Shown piece after piece: positions 15,625-29,478 of a stretch of 64,000 bases of DNA. This stretch comes from Eledone cirrhosa (lineage: Eukaryota), in NCBI GenBank assembly GCA_964016885.1, contig OZ024752.1, forward strand, positions 15,004,001 to 15,068,000. Direction: 5' to 3'. The position numbers were made by a program, and so were the translations under genes. The first letter of the stretch is position 1, and the number at the start of each line of letters is the position of its first letter. A model generated the notes under the pieces. It was not told the DNA's origin. It saw nothing but the letters and a program-made list of their open reading frames with translations, and did not search any database.

Positions 15625-16135
15625 AAAGGTAAAGAAAACCGTCTCTCACGAATGACCATGGGATTTGGACCTAGAAATTTCTCGTCAGAGGTACAAGTCC
15701 GGGCATGTTTGTTTGTGGAAGACCAGCAGTCGCCTATACATACATTTTTACCCTCTCCACGCCACCGATGTTGTCCAAGTGAAAGGCAAAGAGCGATACA
15801 GCTTGGTACCAGTGACGTCGCAACTCGTTTCTACAGCTGAGTAAATCGGAGAAACGTAACATTTGCACCTAGAAAGTTCTGTTCCGAAGCATAAACCCAA
15901 GTAAGCTGTTTTCGTGAACGAGCAGCAGTCATCTATGCATTTAAATCACCGAGTTTGATAAAGGCCGCTAGAAGTTGGCAAAATTGACGTGGTAACATAT
16001 TTCTACAGCTGGATAAAATAGAACACAGTGAAATAAACTATATTGCTTAGGACACAATGCATCACCCGCGATCAGAATCTAACTCACAACACCATGGTTG
16101 CAAGTCCAACGCTCTAACTACTAAGCCAGTACCAC
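15625..16135 (-). mobile_element. Second SINE family, two partial copies
   Basis: Duplicated gacctagaaa...cagcagtc...tttctacagctg block; tRNA-like head at ~16070-16130. Confidence 0.55.
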
Positions 16136-16311
16136 CACAGTATTTCACATTCAACAGGCATTAACTCATTTATATCGGAATGAGACTAGTCCACAATATT
16201 CAGGCTACCGTGTATACCACTGAGATATAAGACTGAGAGGATTCCGACTTTCAGTGTTGTATATCAGGAGAGAGGTTTAATAATGACAAATATCAGGATG
16301 CAAATAATTAT

Positions 16312-16528
16312 GATTTCTAGTATAGGCACAAGGCCAGTAATTTGGGGGGAGGGAAAAATCAATTAAATTGACCCCAGTACGTTACTGGTGTTTTATTTTA
16401 TCGAAGCAGTAAGGATGAAAGGCAAAGTTAACCTCCACGGGATTTGAACTCAGACCGTAAAGGACCGTAACTCTATGCTGCAAAGCATGGCGTCCGACTC
16501 TCTACCGATACTGCCAATCTACCGCCTT
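16312..16528 (-). mobile_element. tRNA-derived SINE
   Basis: A-box TGGCAGTATCGG, B-box GAGTTCAAATC, shared core. Confidence 0.88.
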
Positions 16529-17039
16529 TAGCATGCAAATAATTATCATATATATTCCGGGAGAAATGTAACATATGCATTCTATCTATAAAAAGAAATG
16601 AACGTATGTTGGCTTCGGTTATGAGTGTTCCAATTCTACGATCAACAGAAGTGTCCCCTCCTGAAATTAATTCGAAAGTGCCTGAGCATTCCACAGAGAA
16701 GTACACAATAGACATTCACCGTGATACAGTGTATAACAACCGGGCCCTTTGAATTAGAGATACAATTCATCCGGCGGAGGACTATCCAAACAGCTGCTGT
16801 TTAGTAAATTTAACTGACAAGTCATGATATGACCCGACACCATAGTAAATGACCCTTCTTTAAGATGGTGTGAACCAGGATCGAGCCCGGGACCTAATGT
16901 TTGTGAAAAAAGATTCTAACATATTCGGTCATGTTATATCACAGATCGATAGATATAGACATACCAAATAACTCAAATATTTCTCAAAACAGGTGAAATA
17001 TCAAGGGAACCGCCCAATCATAGTTGCTGTAGTATCATA

Positions 17040-17150
17040 TGCTTAGTAGGCCTGGAGAGATATTGGCTCTGCCATGCTTAAAATGCCCAAGAAAGGCCGT
17101 ATATCCAAACGGCGCCCCTACGACTCTACCCAGAGTTATGGGGCCATATG
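17040..17150 (+). repeat. Unclassified interspersed repeat
   Basis: ggcctggagag...cttaaaatg...gagtta(c/t)ggg block, also at 23425, 29760 (minus) and 36135. Confidence 0.55.
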
Positions 17151-17849
17151 TACATACAATATGGTTAGTATCCAATAATATTAAACGTGATTTCGTGCGT
17201 ATATTCTGACTTGGATGCTCCACATCCTAGATCACACTGGATGGATCTTAACAGTTGAGACATTTTCTTTAAAATATCTGTTAAACTCCAAAAAGTTTGC
17301 TCAGGGTGGGTCTATGTATATACATTTTAATGAAATGTAGATAATTCTTGTTTTGAGAAAGAAAATTTATGATAAATTTCCCAAATCCCAAACTCGATAT
17401 ATTATAAAATAAATCAAAACATGACAGCTTTGCGTTCTTAATTCACTGGATGTCATGACAAGATTATCAAATTCTGACGAAAACGAATTTAAACAAACAC
17501 GCAGCAAATTTTCTCAGAGAATGTAAGGGAGCAAACACCTGGCTATATCAATCAACATAGTGTGAGAAATAAATGAAAACGATCAAAAGATTTTCATCAG
17601 TGTTCCAGCAGGATATCAAATATCACCGGAATAAAGCATCATTCATCACAAACGAAATTTAATCTCGACAACAAATGGCTAAATTATACAAATATTATGT
17701 TATGGAAATAACGATGACCGTTAAGTTAGAATTGAAAACGACAAAGATCAGTAACATAATTTGCAAGAATATTTTTTTCATCGTGAATTTTGCCTTGGCT
17801 AATTCTAAATTTAGGGAACTAATTATACGATCATTATTATCTTTCTCTG

Positions 17850-18071
17850 GGGGTGGTGGATTGGCAGTATCGGTAGAGTCGGACACCATGCTTTGCAGCA
17901 TAGAGTTACGGTCTTTTACGGTCTGACTTCAAATCCCAACGAGGTTAACTTTGCCTTTCATCCTTACGGGGTGGATAAAATAAAGCACCAGTAACGTACT
18001 GGCGTCATTTAATCGACTTTCCCCTCCCACCAAATTATTGACCTTGTGCCTATACTAGAACTCGTTATTAT
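17850..18071 (+). mobile_element. tRNA-derived SINE
   Basis: Full head-to-tail copy with A/B boxes and TTA tail. Confidence 0.88.
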
Positions 18072-18554
18072 TGTTTCTCTGTAACATTTGTGAACAAGCA
18101 TTTCTTTCTGTTTGTGTGTTACAAGGAAGAAAATAACCGGATCGATTAGGATATTACTTTTTAGTGTGTATGCTGTGTTTGATCTTTATTTGGTACTTGT
18201 ACGGTATATGATTACGCATTTAAACCCCCATATATTGATACATTTAAGAACATGACCGAAAATATATGATTCGTTCAATTATTACCTTTCATAAACCTTC
18301 GGATGTGAAGAATCTTATTTTTTGTCTTAAAGGTTTATGGCAGGAGATTGTAGTTCTGCCTTACTGCATAATCCTGTATAGATTAAAAGCAACAAGATAG
18401 TGGAAATTAGATGCAGATCTATGAAGAATACGATAGAATTAACAGATATAAACCTGTATTTATCAAAAACTAAACTTGAATGCAACATAGCATATAGCTC
18501 TCTTGCTTTCAGCGTGTGAAATAGGTACAGAGGAACATATATTTATTTCATAAG

Positions 18555-19232
18555 GAAAGATTATGAAAACTGGTGCTGACACTCGTTCTAACGGGGAAGC
18601 CTGCGCACTGCACTTAGTATGTGCATCGAATTCCAATGAAGCAGGTAGAGACGTTCAAGTATCTTGGACTCGATTGATGGAAGGCAGGAGGCTGAATTAA
18701 TTGCAAGAATTGCAGGAGTTGGTGCGCCAGTTTCAGCATACAGTAATCAGAAGAGAGGAAGGTGTAAAAGCGAAATTTGCTATCTTCCATTACGTATTCG
18801 TGCCAATCCATACATTAGGTCATGAATCTTGGTTAATTATCGCGAATAGAAGCAGCCGAAATGGGATTCTTTCGAAGGGACTTTGGAGTAACGTAACTCG
18901 ATAGAATGCGCAGCTGGAGATCAGGCACTCACTCCAGGTAGAGCCGCTACTTTTCTTAATCGAGAGATCACATCTTCGATATTATGGGCATGTGCTTAGA
19001 ATGACTCAAGAATGAATTACTGGACAGCTTTTACGGGTGAAACCAACCGACAGGAAATCCAGAAATAGACCGCGAGCAAGAGGGTTAGATAACATCCATG
19101 AGCTTGGCTGGTCGTGGTTGGATATCAAGCCGGGTCAGTTGGAAACGGTTCTGCCATTACCCATTGGGGTGGAGTGTTTTATGACTCTGCCCCCACGAAC
19201 CTCTCAGGAATAAGAGAGCGAAGAAGAACGAA
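18555..19232 (+). mobile_element. Decayed RTE LINE 3' fragment
   Basis: Remnants of QVETFKYLG, GHESW, RYYGHVLRM, RPRARGLD; gaagaagaa tail. Confidence 0.8.
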
Positions 19233-20604
19233 GGAAGGATAATCTTCAACTGATTCTTGAGAAATCAATACACAATTACCATTCACTCAGGTCATGATGG
19301 CGACAAAAACACACATGACTGAATTAATTTATTTACAGATCTTTCTTCGTGGGAAACCCAGACTTTGGAATAAATATGACGACTGCAGAATAAACAAACG
19401 TTACTAGCCTTGTTCAGTAGATACCAGCTTTATAAGCTGGGACCTAAAATACCATCTTCTCTCTAAAGTAATTTCAAATAGGGTACAAGACACTACAGAC
19501 CTCGTTCTGACATAACATGTGATTCATTGTTTGAAGACAAAACTCGGAACGCTGCATCGGAGGTTTTTTTTATCCTTTCATTATGTTTGGTGCCAGGTTT
19601 GTGATTAGTCATCAATTAAAACTACGTGTTTGAAAATGGAAGCTTTTAATATTATCATGAAGGCATGTTGCTGGTTTCTTTGCTGGCGACATGAATTATC
19701 ATAAATTAAATGATTAGTTTTTGAAGTCATCCTAAGGCAAGAATATTAAGTGTGTGTTATTTGGATTATTTTCAAATCATTGTAATTCCGGTTGTTCAGT
19801 CAATGGAACAACCTACACGGGAAGTGAAACTCGAAGTGGTTGATATTTTCACATAACATAATTATCGGAAAATATCATGGCTGTCCATTGTGTGACAAAA
19901 TTGATAATTTGGATTACAGGTTCAGTTCATTCAACTTACTCCCAAACAGTTTCCATCTACCCGATTTACCACAAATGGTTCGACCCACGTCTCTAGTAAA
20001 TTACATATACCTTCAGAAATAACGAGGGACCTGACGTTTTCGAAGCGACCTTCTAAATATTTCAGCCATGCTTCGTCCATTCAATTTAGCTGTGATATGA
20101 AATGTTTAGCCTTCCATTTGTTTTAGTAGACTTAAACAAGTTAGGCAACAAATGTGAGAAGTTCATATCCTGTCAGAACGAAACATATTACGTGCTAAAT
20201 AAAAGATGGTTTGAAATAAAACTTCTGAGATATTGATATACTACAACACGCAAACCAGAATAAATCAAAATGATTGAGGCAATTCGATGGTGATACAAAA
20301 TATCTACATAAACATTGGGAAGGGGAACCACCCCTAGCAGAAAACAATATGGCAAACACATACTTCGCTGAGCATCTCTAAACACAGACATGTCAGAATT
20401 AGGCTAAATATATTTCTATATGTCTGCTTACAGAGTCAGATAACTGATTAGTTTTCTTTAGCCAGCATACTAATATATTTCTCTCCGAAGCAATAACTTA
20501 ATATGATACATACACTATATGTTAATTATATTATAATGCTTGATGAAATCTAACTTTAACTGTAAGCACTGAACATCTTGAATGAGTAAAATATCAAGCT
20601 CACG

Positions 20605-20920
20605 TTCTTCTTCTTCTTCTTCTTCTTCTTCTTCTTCTTCTTCTTCTTCCCGAGCAGAATTCTTAAAAACTCCCTGCAGCGGGGCCTGTCAGAAGCAACT
20701 TGCTCCAGCTGATCCGGCTCGATCCCCAAGCGTGACCAGCCAATCTCATGGAGGTTATCCAACCATCTTGCTCGGGGTCTACCACTGGGTCGCCGGCCTA
20801 CTGCTTCATCCCTTAGAAACTGTCTAATGATTCTTTCTTGAGACATTCTAATCACATGCCCATAGTATCGGATCTGTGATCTCTAAATTCTCAGAAGTAA
20901 CGGCCCTGCTTGGGGTGACT
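20605..20920 (-). mobile_element. Decayed RTE LINE 3' fragment with long (GAA)n tail
   Basis: GRRPSGRPRARWLDNL; (TTC)n at ~20605-20648. Confidence 0.82.
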
Positions 20921-21271
20921 CACATTATATAATGTAATTCGTAAAGAAATAATGGATGCAATATTACCCTAAGACCATCCATCAGAGTATTTGTGACAAA
21001 ATTACTGTTGTCCATTGATGTCAACCATTACAGAGTTAAACCTATAAGTCCGATTCAACTGTATTGTTTTAGAAATATTTACAATATATTTAAATTTGAC
21101 AAAAAACTGTTTCGCTCTACATGGCTGAATACAATAAATGTAATCTGAGTTTTCCAATATTAATAATAACATTGGGTTCGTTTGCAATTAAACAAACAGG
21201 GCTCATTTTTAAAGCCATGACATTAGAATGAATCCTTCATGCTTGCTCTTGTGTTGGCATGTGAACAGAAG

Positions 21272-21313
21272 TGCAGACACTAATCTTTCCGGGTATCACC
21301 CTTCATCAGTACA
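21272..21313 (-). ncRNA. Minimal hammerhead motif (family H)
   Basis: tgta CTGATGA a-gggt-gat-accc-g GAAA gattagtg TC tgca; one stem III mismatch. Confidence 0.55.
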
Positions 21314-22193
21314 GCTCACTGTTCACCTGCCAGACTCTCAGAGCTGGTGAACAAATACGATATTTTCAAAAATATACAGTGAATGATCGGCCTGGTTTGC
21401 ATATTAGGAGACTGGCTGATCAGTCAGATCTGTATGTTAGCAGATCCACTGATCATCCAGATTTGCATATCATCAGAACTAGTGAAAATTATATTGATTA
21501 GCCAATATGTCAGATGTAATATGTTTTGATTTCATGTTGATTTCTAGAATTAAGTATTTTATGTTTAATAAGACTATATACATACACACAGAAACACACA
21601 GACACACACACAGACACATTAATATATATATTTATATAGTATATATATATATGTATATATATATGCATGTATATATGCATATATATATATATATATTTAT
21701 AAGTATTTATACTTACATACATATATGTATACAGACGTACAGTAGTATGTATATATATACATACATGCACTCATATATATATGTACGTATGGATTCACCG
21801 AACATTTATTATAATGCTCGGTGTGTTTGTAAACAAACATCCCGTATTTAGCCGTAGTGTCCAGCAACCATCGCTGCTCGTTTGTTCAACACTGACAAAG
21901 GAACGGTGTACTAGTTTCAAGCTTATTAGCTATCGTCGGCAACGTATACCTTCCTGCCAGATGGTTGAACGTTTGAAAGTATATACTTTCCTTATGCATA
22001 TTAACGGATGAGAAGCCTAATTTGCATATCGAGTGAGTTAATCGGCTGGGTACCGAAAACGATAAACGGAAAAAATGAAACGAAATTTCATTTCACACTC
22101 TTAGTACGGCTGTTACTTAAATATAAGTATGTATACGTACATACATATATGTATACAGACGTACAATAGTATGTATATATATGTCTACTACTG

Positions 22194-23138
22194 ATTGACG
22201 ACATAGGGTGACAACAGGCCACTTTACCGGTCAAGAATGGCGGCCTAAGCCTCCGGTCCCCGACCTTACTAGCTTTGCCGCCGTATCTTTCGACGGTAAC
22301 CTCGTGCCGCGTCCTCGTCAGCAGGGTTTTCAAAACTCAACAGGACCCTCTGTGTTCAGAGAATGTGAGGCCGCCTGTGAGACGTGTGACCGGCTGGGGC
22401 TTAGCCCAGTAGACGTCCCTCCTCCTCCTCCCTCTGTTGACGTCAAGACCCCCCCAACGCACTTGGGATGTCATCCAGTGCAGCCCGGCCTCAGACAGGC
22501 TCACGCGCCAGCTCGACCAGCACCGCCTTGCTTGTTTTCGTGCGGCCTCCAAACCCCACAGTGGTGCCTGGCTCCATGCTCTGCCCTCCTTCTCCACTGG
22601 CACGCAGCTAGACAACCATAGCCTGCCAATCGGCGTTTCCCTGAGGCTCGGCCTCCGGTTCTGCCAGCCACACCAATGTCGATGCGGTTCCACCGTGGAC
22701 TCTTTCGGCCTCTACCCGCTTTCCTGTCTCCACAGTGCCGGCCGCATTCCACGCCATACTGCCCTCAATGAGGTCATTAAGCATGGCTTGGACGCTGCAG
22801 GCTTCCCTTCTCAGCTCGAGCTGTTGGGGCTGGATCGAGGGGACGGCAAAAGGCCAGATGGCATGACCATCTTCCCGTTCCGCGGTGGAAAACCCCTCGT
22901 CTGGGACGCCACTTGCACCGACACTTTCTGCAGCCGCAACCTGGTGCAGTCTGTGAGCCCCACGAGTTGGAGTGGCTTTTCCAGCGCGTCTCCCTTGCCG
23001 TCCTCCGGGGAAACGCCTTCTCCATTCTGTCAGCCGCGGCCGTGGGAGGGCCCAATCGCGTACCAATATATTAGTTAAATACCATTCTTTCATCTGATAA
23101 ACACAATAAAGTTTCTATATAAAGTAAAAAAAAAAAAA
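22194..23138 (+). mobile_element. 5'-truncated CRE-clade retrotransposon copy (RLE domain) with poly(A) tail
   Basis: SGAWL, CRCG..PLSC, RHTALN, KRPDG, WDATC; highly similar to 28446-29515; A-tail at ~23127. Confidence 0.88.
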
Positions 23139-23286
23139 GAAACAAACAAACCTGAAAATAGCGAAGAAAATACGTCATCAATGAGAACAATTTTTGTCAT
23201 AATATCGTAATGCAGACAGCCAGACATACAGACATATATTATAAGTGCGTGACCTTAGTGCTATGTATCTATCTATAAAGACAGAC

Positions 23287-23362
<76 letters not shown>

Positions 23363-23659
23363 ATATATCTTTCTCGTTTCCTCTCTGTTACTTTCTATCT
23401 TTCTCTAGAAGCAATTCGCTGTAGTCAGACCTGGAGAGAGATGGGCTCTGTCAGGCTTAAAATGCACAAGAAACGCCGTATATCAACACCGCACACCATG
23501 ACTCTATCAGGAGTTACGGGACCATCCATACATATTAATGTGTGGAATACTTTGACATGGCAGAGTTTGTATTTATGGATCCGTAACTCCTGAGGGAGTC
23601 GCAGGAACGGCATATTGACATGCAGTGTTTCTATCTGGTGGAGCCCATCTCCTCTCCGG

Positions 23660-23999
<340 letters not shown>

Positions 24000-25029
24000 T
24001 TATAAAACTAAACTATAAGGTTTTATTGTAAAAAATGCAAGTGTCTTTTGTGATTAGTAAAACGGAAAAGGGAGGAAAAGGCAAGGGTTCTAGGATCCCA
24101 GAAGAATGGAGAGGGATAAGGGAAGATGATGGGCTCTACTCCATATATTGAATCACTACTCGATTTCTAGTATCCTTCAAAAAGAATTGTAAACAGATAC
24201 ATATATGTAGTTAATATACACCAAATAAATTATAAAATCGTTTTACAGGCATTGCCAACAATTGACAAATCCCTATGGTAGTCATTTTACCATTAACTAC
24301 GTTACTGCTGCAAACAAGTTGAATTCCCTCTCTGATTATTATCAAAATATAGGGATATTTATGTATCAATGAATAGGAAATTGGCATAAAACATAGCTGA
24401 GTTTCTATTGAATATATATCAACCTACTTCAGATACCGAAGATATGGAAATGGAAACTCAATTTGCAAGTGAAATGTTTAGTAACTTGTACACAATAAAT
24501 CGAAGGATATTCTTGTGTGTACATTTCATGAGGCCTTGAAAGTTCTGAAGCCGGAAATCTGAAACAAATGTGGAATACAGAATAAGAAATACGTGATAAA
24601 TAAAAGGAAATGAAAACAAACGCAAGAATTAATTATTGTTCGTTCCAATTTAAAGACCACGCGTTTTGTTTGTCTAGAAAACATGTTCTATACCGGTTAC
24701 ATGTCTTATCCAAGTCATAATTGTTTCTACATTTGACACAAGGCCAGCAATTATCCCAGTGTATTACTGGTACTTTATTTTATCGACCCCGTAAGGATGA
24801 AAGGCAAAGTTATTCAGTCTTATCCAAATCATAATAAAATATAAATTGATGTCTGCTGGAGTCTAAACAATAAAGCAAAGAGTAAAAGCTAGTAAAGAAA
24901 TGTTTCGACGCTCTCCTGATTAATTTATAATTATTTACAAAATAATAATTATAAGAGATCTAATTTGAATAAGTAGTTAGAATGACGAGTGTCGCAGCAC
25001 AGATTTTCATCTCAGGATCCCCCGAAGGA

Positions 25030-25380
25030 TTTTTGGGGTAACGTTACTCGATGAAGTGCTTAGCTCAGAGATCAGAGATTCAATTCAGGTAGAGCCACTA
25101 CTTCTATGAATTGAGAGATCACAGCTCCAATACTATGGGCATGTGGTTATAATGTCTCAGGAATGAATCACTGGACAGATTGTACAGGTGAAACCAATAA
25201 GTAGGAGGGCCAGGAGTAGACCCTGGGCAAGATGGTTAGATAACATCCATGAGCTTGGCTGGTCTCGATTGGGGATCCAGCCAGATATGTTGGAGACGGC
25301 TGCTCCTGACAGGATCTGCTGGAGGGAGTGTTTAAGGACCTTGCTCTCACGACCTTCTCAGAAATAAGTGGGCGAAGAAA
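25030..25380 (+). mobile_element. Decayed RTE LINE 3' fragment
   Basis: Same family as 18555-19232. Confidence 0.75.
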
Positions 25381-25872
25381 GGACGTTCAATTCGCTAACA
25401 TTTACTTCAAACTTATGTTTTCTCTTACTATTTCTTGAGAAGCTATATTTATATCTATAGTTTTAATTGTTGGTCAATCACTGATAAACATTACAAAAGG
25501 AACTTCAAACACCAATGGTGACAACTCGCAATATTATACTAAAAGAAGAGAAAGAAATAAAGAAATATATAGAAATATATATTTTTTGTAAATTAAGACA
25601 ATAGAACCGTGTAGAAATGGAAGCACCAATTGAAACAAAGTTTTAAATCTCCGAAGCCGTTTATGAAAGTATTGAAGAAGACAAGAAAACACACTTCGAT
25701 CTTCCGACGTGGAAGAGGCTCCTATCAGAAGAAATCGTCACCGAATCATCATTTTTCTTACCTGTTGTACAAACCCGGCTGGACACAGAACACTGCACAA
25801 ACATTCTAATAGTTCTATAGAGTTATGAAATAATACATATGAATAAACCATAGATGATGAACATCATTAAAT

Positions 25873-26062
25873 AATTGTTTCTACTTTTTGGCACAAGGCC
25901 AGCAATTACCCAGTACATCACTGGTACTTTATTTTATCGACCCCGTAAGGATGAAAGGCAAAGTTAACCTCGACGGGATTTGAACTCAAACTGTAAAGGG
26001 ACGTGACTATGCTAGAAAGCATGGCGTCCAACCCTCTACCGATACTGCCAATTCACCGCCCT
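25873..26062 (-). mobile_element. tRNA-derived SINE
   Basis: A/B boxes and shared core. Confidence 0.88.
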
Positions 26063-26493
26063 TAAATAATGTCAGTTTGATGAGGAGATAAAACGCCTCC
26101 ATCCTTTTGAAGGAAAAAAAAAAAAAAAAATGTGTATAAATCCTGGAAAATTGTAGGTCCGGTATTGAAAAACAAAAAAATCACAAGGGATTCACTCTCC
26201 AAATTCACTATTTTCCTTTTACTTTGCTCCACTTTTCAAATTAAATGACACGACGGTTCAGTTATATTCAAATATTGTAAGCGCGTCCATTGAGAATATC
26301 GTCTATGACAAAGTGCAGAGTTGCTCGCATGTGTGCGTGCTGAATTCTGGTTCTTTCTGCTAGGAACAACCCCCTCTTTTTTTTTGTACATCCATCCATT
26401 CACTCATTCATTTACTGCCATTCTACCTTCCTCTGTCTCCCCCTCCATGCAGCCCCTTTTCGCTCTCGTTTTCTGGCACCTCCATATATATAG

Positions 26494-27192
26494 GTGAGCT
26501 ATGCTGCCCTCTTACCACCACTTTCCCTTCCACCCACACAGACCAGCCACCTACCCCTGATGCCGCTCGGTGCCCAAGTCCCCGGCCCCACTCCCCATCC
26601 CCCACCCCTCCAAATCGATACCTGCAGCACTTGCGGCACCACTAACAAATGGAATAGTGCCCGGAATTGTTTGGGGTGCGGCTGCTTCCACCACCTCACC
26701 TGCGTTGGCTTGACTCCTCGAGCTTCCAAATCCCTCGCAGCGTGGAGGTGCAGGAGCTGCCTCTTCCTCATGTCTTCCCAGCCACGGCCGTCTGGCACAC
26801 CACCAGATGGGACAGCGAGCTTGCCTGACATTCGAGCCTCGCTGGTCAACATAGCTCGGCTCAGGCGGCTCCGGAAGATCCCACTCAGGTTCCCGAGAGC
26901 GGCACGGGTGATGGTAGCCGATGCCCTCGCTTCCTCGATTGAGAGCGCCCTGGACTCCAATCGAGCCAGTGACTGGGAGCGGCTGTTCTATTTCGCCGCA
27001 CTCGCCCTCGGCCTCCCCAGCTCTGGCGCTGACCGGGGCGGCCGGTCAACAGCAGCCTTCGTCAAGGCCAATGTCTCGTCATTTGGGCGAGAGCCCATTC
27101 CAAGCGTGCCCAGGGACGCCACACACACCACCCAAAGTAGCCCCTATCCTCCACCCCCGGGGCCAGCGCCAAGCGTTTGCGTGACCAGGTAA
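26494..27192 (+). pseudogene. N-terminal part with PHD-type finger
   Basis: CSTC-x11-CLGC-GCFHHLTC-x15-CRSC (C4HC3 with W before the last Cys pair). Confidence 0.75.
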
Positions 27193-28436
27193 ACGCAAAG
27201 CTTATCATGAGTGATGTCTCGGCCGCAGTCAGAGTTGTTGCCTCAGAGGACACTGTCCTGCAACAAACCGAGGAGTTCCTGGCTGTTCTGCGGCTCAAAC
27301 ACCCTGAACCACCCACTGATCTCAGACCCATACCCCCACCCGATCCCCACCTGCTCCTTGTGGCTACTGATACAGATATCAGGTCCTTCCCAGCTAGCAA
27401 CTACGGAGGTGTTGATGGTCTCCGACCAGGCCACATCAAAGAGTTAACATCCCCTCTCTCCGCTGAGGCCGGGCGCCGCCTTCTGAGTGCAATTGTGGCG
27501 CTCACCAATAGGCTCATTCATGGTGCCCTCGACCCTTACGCCCGAGGCCTCTTTTTTTCGGCCAGCCTCACCGCTCTCAGGAAGAAAGAGGGTGGCATAC
27601 GCCCCATTGCTGTGGGCAATGTTTTCCGGAGGCTGGCTGCCAAGGTGATCTGCAAGTCCGTCACACACGTACTGGGTGAGGAGTTTAGTCCGGTGCAACT
27701 GGGTGTCGGCGTGTCCGGTGGCTGTGAGGGAGCCTCTCATGCAATCAGGCAGTTCTTCAGCAGCTGCCCATCGGTACCGGCATCCACGGACTCTAGGCAC
27801 CTCATTGCCAAGCTTGACATGAGGAATGCCCTTAACTCTTTACGCCGGGATCATCTGCTCGAGGCCTGCCTCAGCCGAGCCCCCTCTGCCTACCCGCTGG
27901 CCTACCTGTCATATGGAGCACCGAGCATGCTCCTAGCTGCTGATACGGTCATACCCTCGGCTACTGGGGTCCAACAGGGCGACCCTTTGGGACCCCTCCT
28001 GTTCGCCCTTGGTATTGACCACATCGCCCGGAGTATCACGGCCCCTCTCAACGTTTGGTATATGGATGATGCTACGTTGGGCGGGCCCGTACAGACGGTC
28101 TGCCAAGACCTTCAATCGGTGATTCCTGCCCTGTCTGGAATCAGCCTCCAGGTCAACTCGGCCAAGTCGCAGGTGGTGAACGTCAGCGTCGATGCTGCGA
28201 GCTTCGCAGCCTCCGTCTTGGACGTCCGCTCGACCATCAGGTCCAGACTTCAACAGCTCCAGACTCTCACGAGCCGATTGGGATTGATTGACGGCCTTCC
28301 AGCTCTCTTTCTGCTGAGGAACTGCTTCGGCATGCCGAAGCTTCTCTATACACTCCGCAGCGTTCCATGCTACACCCAGACATCTCTCCTCGCTGATTTC
28401 GATACTTGTATCCGAGCAGCAGCCGAGGGGATATGA
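27177..28436 (+). pseudogene. Reverse transcriptase domain (CRE-like)
   Basis: GVDGLRP, GGIRPIAVGNVFRRL, KLDMRNALNSL, GVQQGDPLGPLLF, WYMDD. Confidence 0.92.
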
Positions 28437-28458
28437 TCGTCAAGTTTGACGATATAGG

Positions 28459-29478
28459 GTGACAACAGGCCACTTTACCGGTCAAGTATGGCAGCCTAAG
28501 CCTCCGGTCCCCGATCTTACTAGTTTGCCGGTGTATCTTCCGTCGGTAACCTCGTGCCGCGTCCTCGTCAGCAGGGTTCTTCAAAACACAACAGAACCCT
28601 CTGTGTTCAGAGAATGTGAGGCCGCCTGTGAGACGTGTGATCGGCTGGGACTTAGCCCAGTAGACGTCCCTCCTCCTTCTCCCCCTGTTGACGTCAAGTC
28701 CCCCCAACGCACTTGGGATGCCACCCGGTGCAGCCTGGCCTCAGACAGGCTCAAGCGCCAGCTCGACCACCACCGCCTTGCTTGTTTTCGTGCGGCCTCC
28801 AAACCCCACAGTGGTGCCTGGCTCCATGCTCTGCGCTCCTTCTCCACTGGCACGCAGCTAGACAACCATTGCCTGCCAATCGGCGTTTCCCTGAGGCTCA
28901 CCAATGTCGATGCGGTTCCACCGTGGACTCTTTCGGCCTCCACCCGCTTTCCTGTCGCCACAGTGCCGGCCGCATTCCACGCCATACTGCCCTCAACGAG
29001 GTCATTAAGCATGGCTTGGACGCTGCAGGCTTCCCCTCCCAGCTCGAGCCGGTGGGGATGGATCGAGGGGACGGCAAAAGGCCAGATGGCATGACCATCT
29101 TCCCGTTCCGCGTTGGCAAACCCCTCGTCTGGGACGCCACTTGCACCGACACTTTCTGCAGCCGCAACCTGGTGCAGTCTGTGACTGACCCAGGTTCTGC
29201 TGCACGTCGGGCTGAAGGGGCCAAACTCCTCAAATACCGGTCGCTGTCCGACAGGTTTGCGGTCGCTCCCCTGGCAGTAGAAACTTCTGTTGTCCTCGGG
29301 CCCCAGGGCTACATCCTTACTCACCACCATAGGCGCTGAGCCGGCCAGCCGCAGGTGTGAGCCCCGCGAGTTGGAGTGGCTTTTCCAGCGCGTTTCCCTT
29401 GCCGTCCTCCGGGGAAACGCCTTCTCCATTCTGTCCGCTGGGGCTGTGGATGGACCCCATCGCGTACCAATACATTAG
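28459..29478 (+). pseudogene. Zinc knuckle and restriction-like endonuclease (frameshifted)
   Basis: CRCG...HPLSC, RH, KRPDG, WDATC, AEGAKLLKY, PLAVET, FQRVSLAVLRGNA. Confidence 0.88.

Noticed and set aside
25756-25812. Possible minus-strand exon (ag...CAG|GTAAGA, ECLCSVLCPAGFVQQ)
   Set aside because: Single short candidate with no recognisable homology or partner exons.
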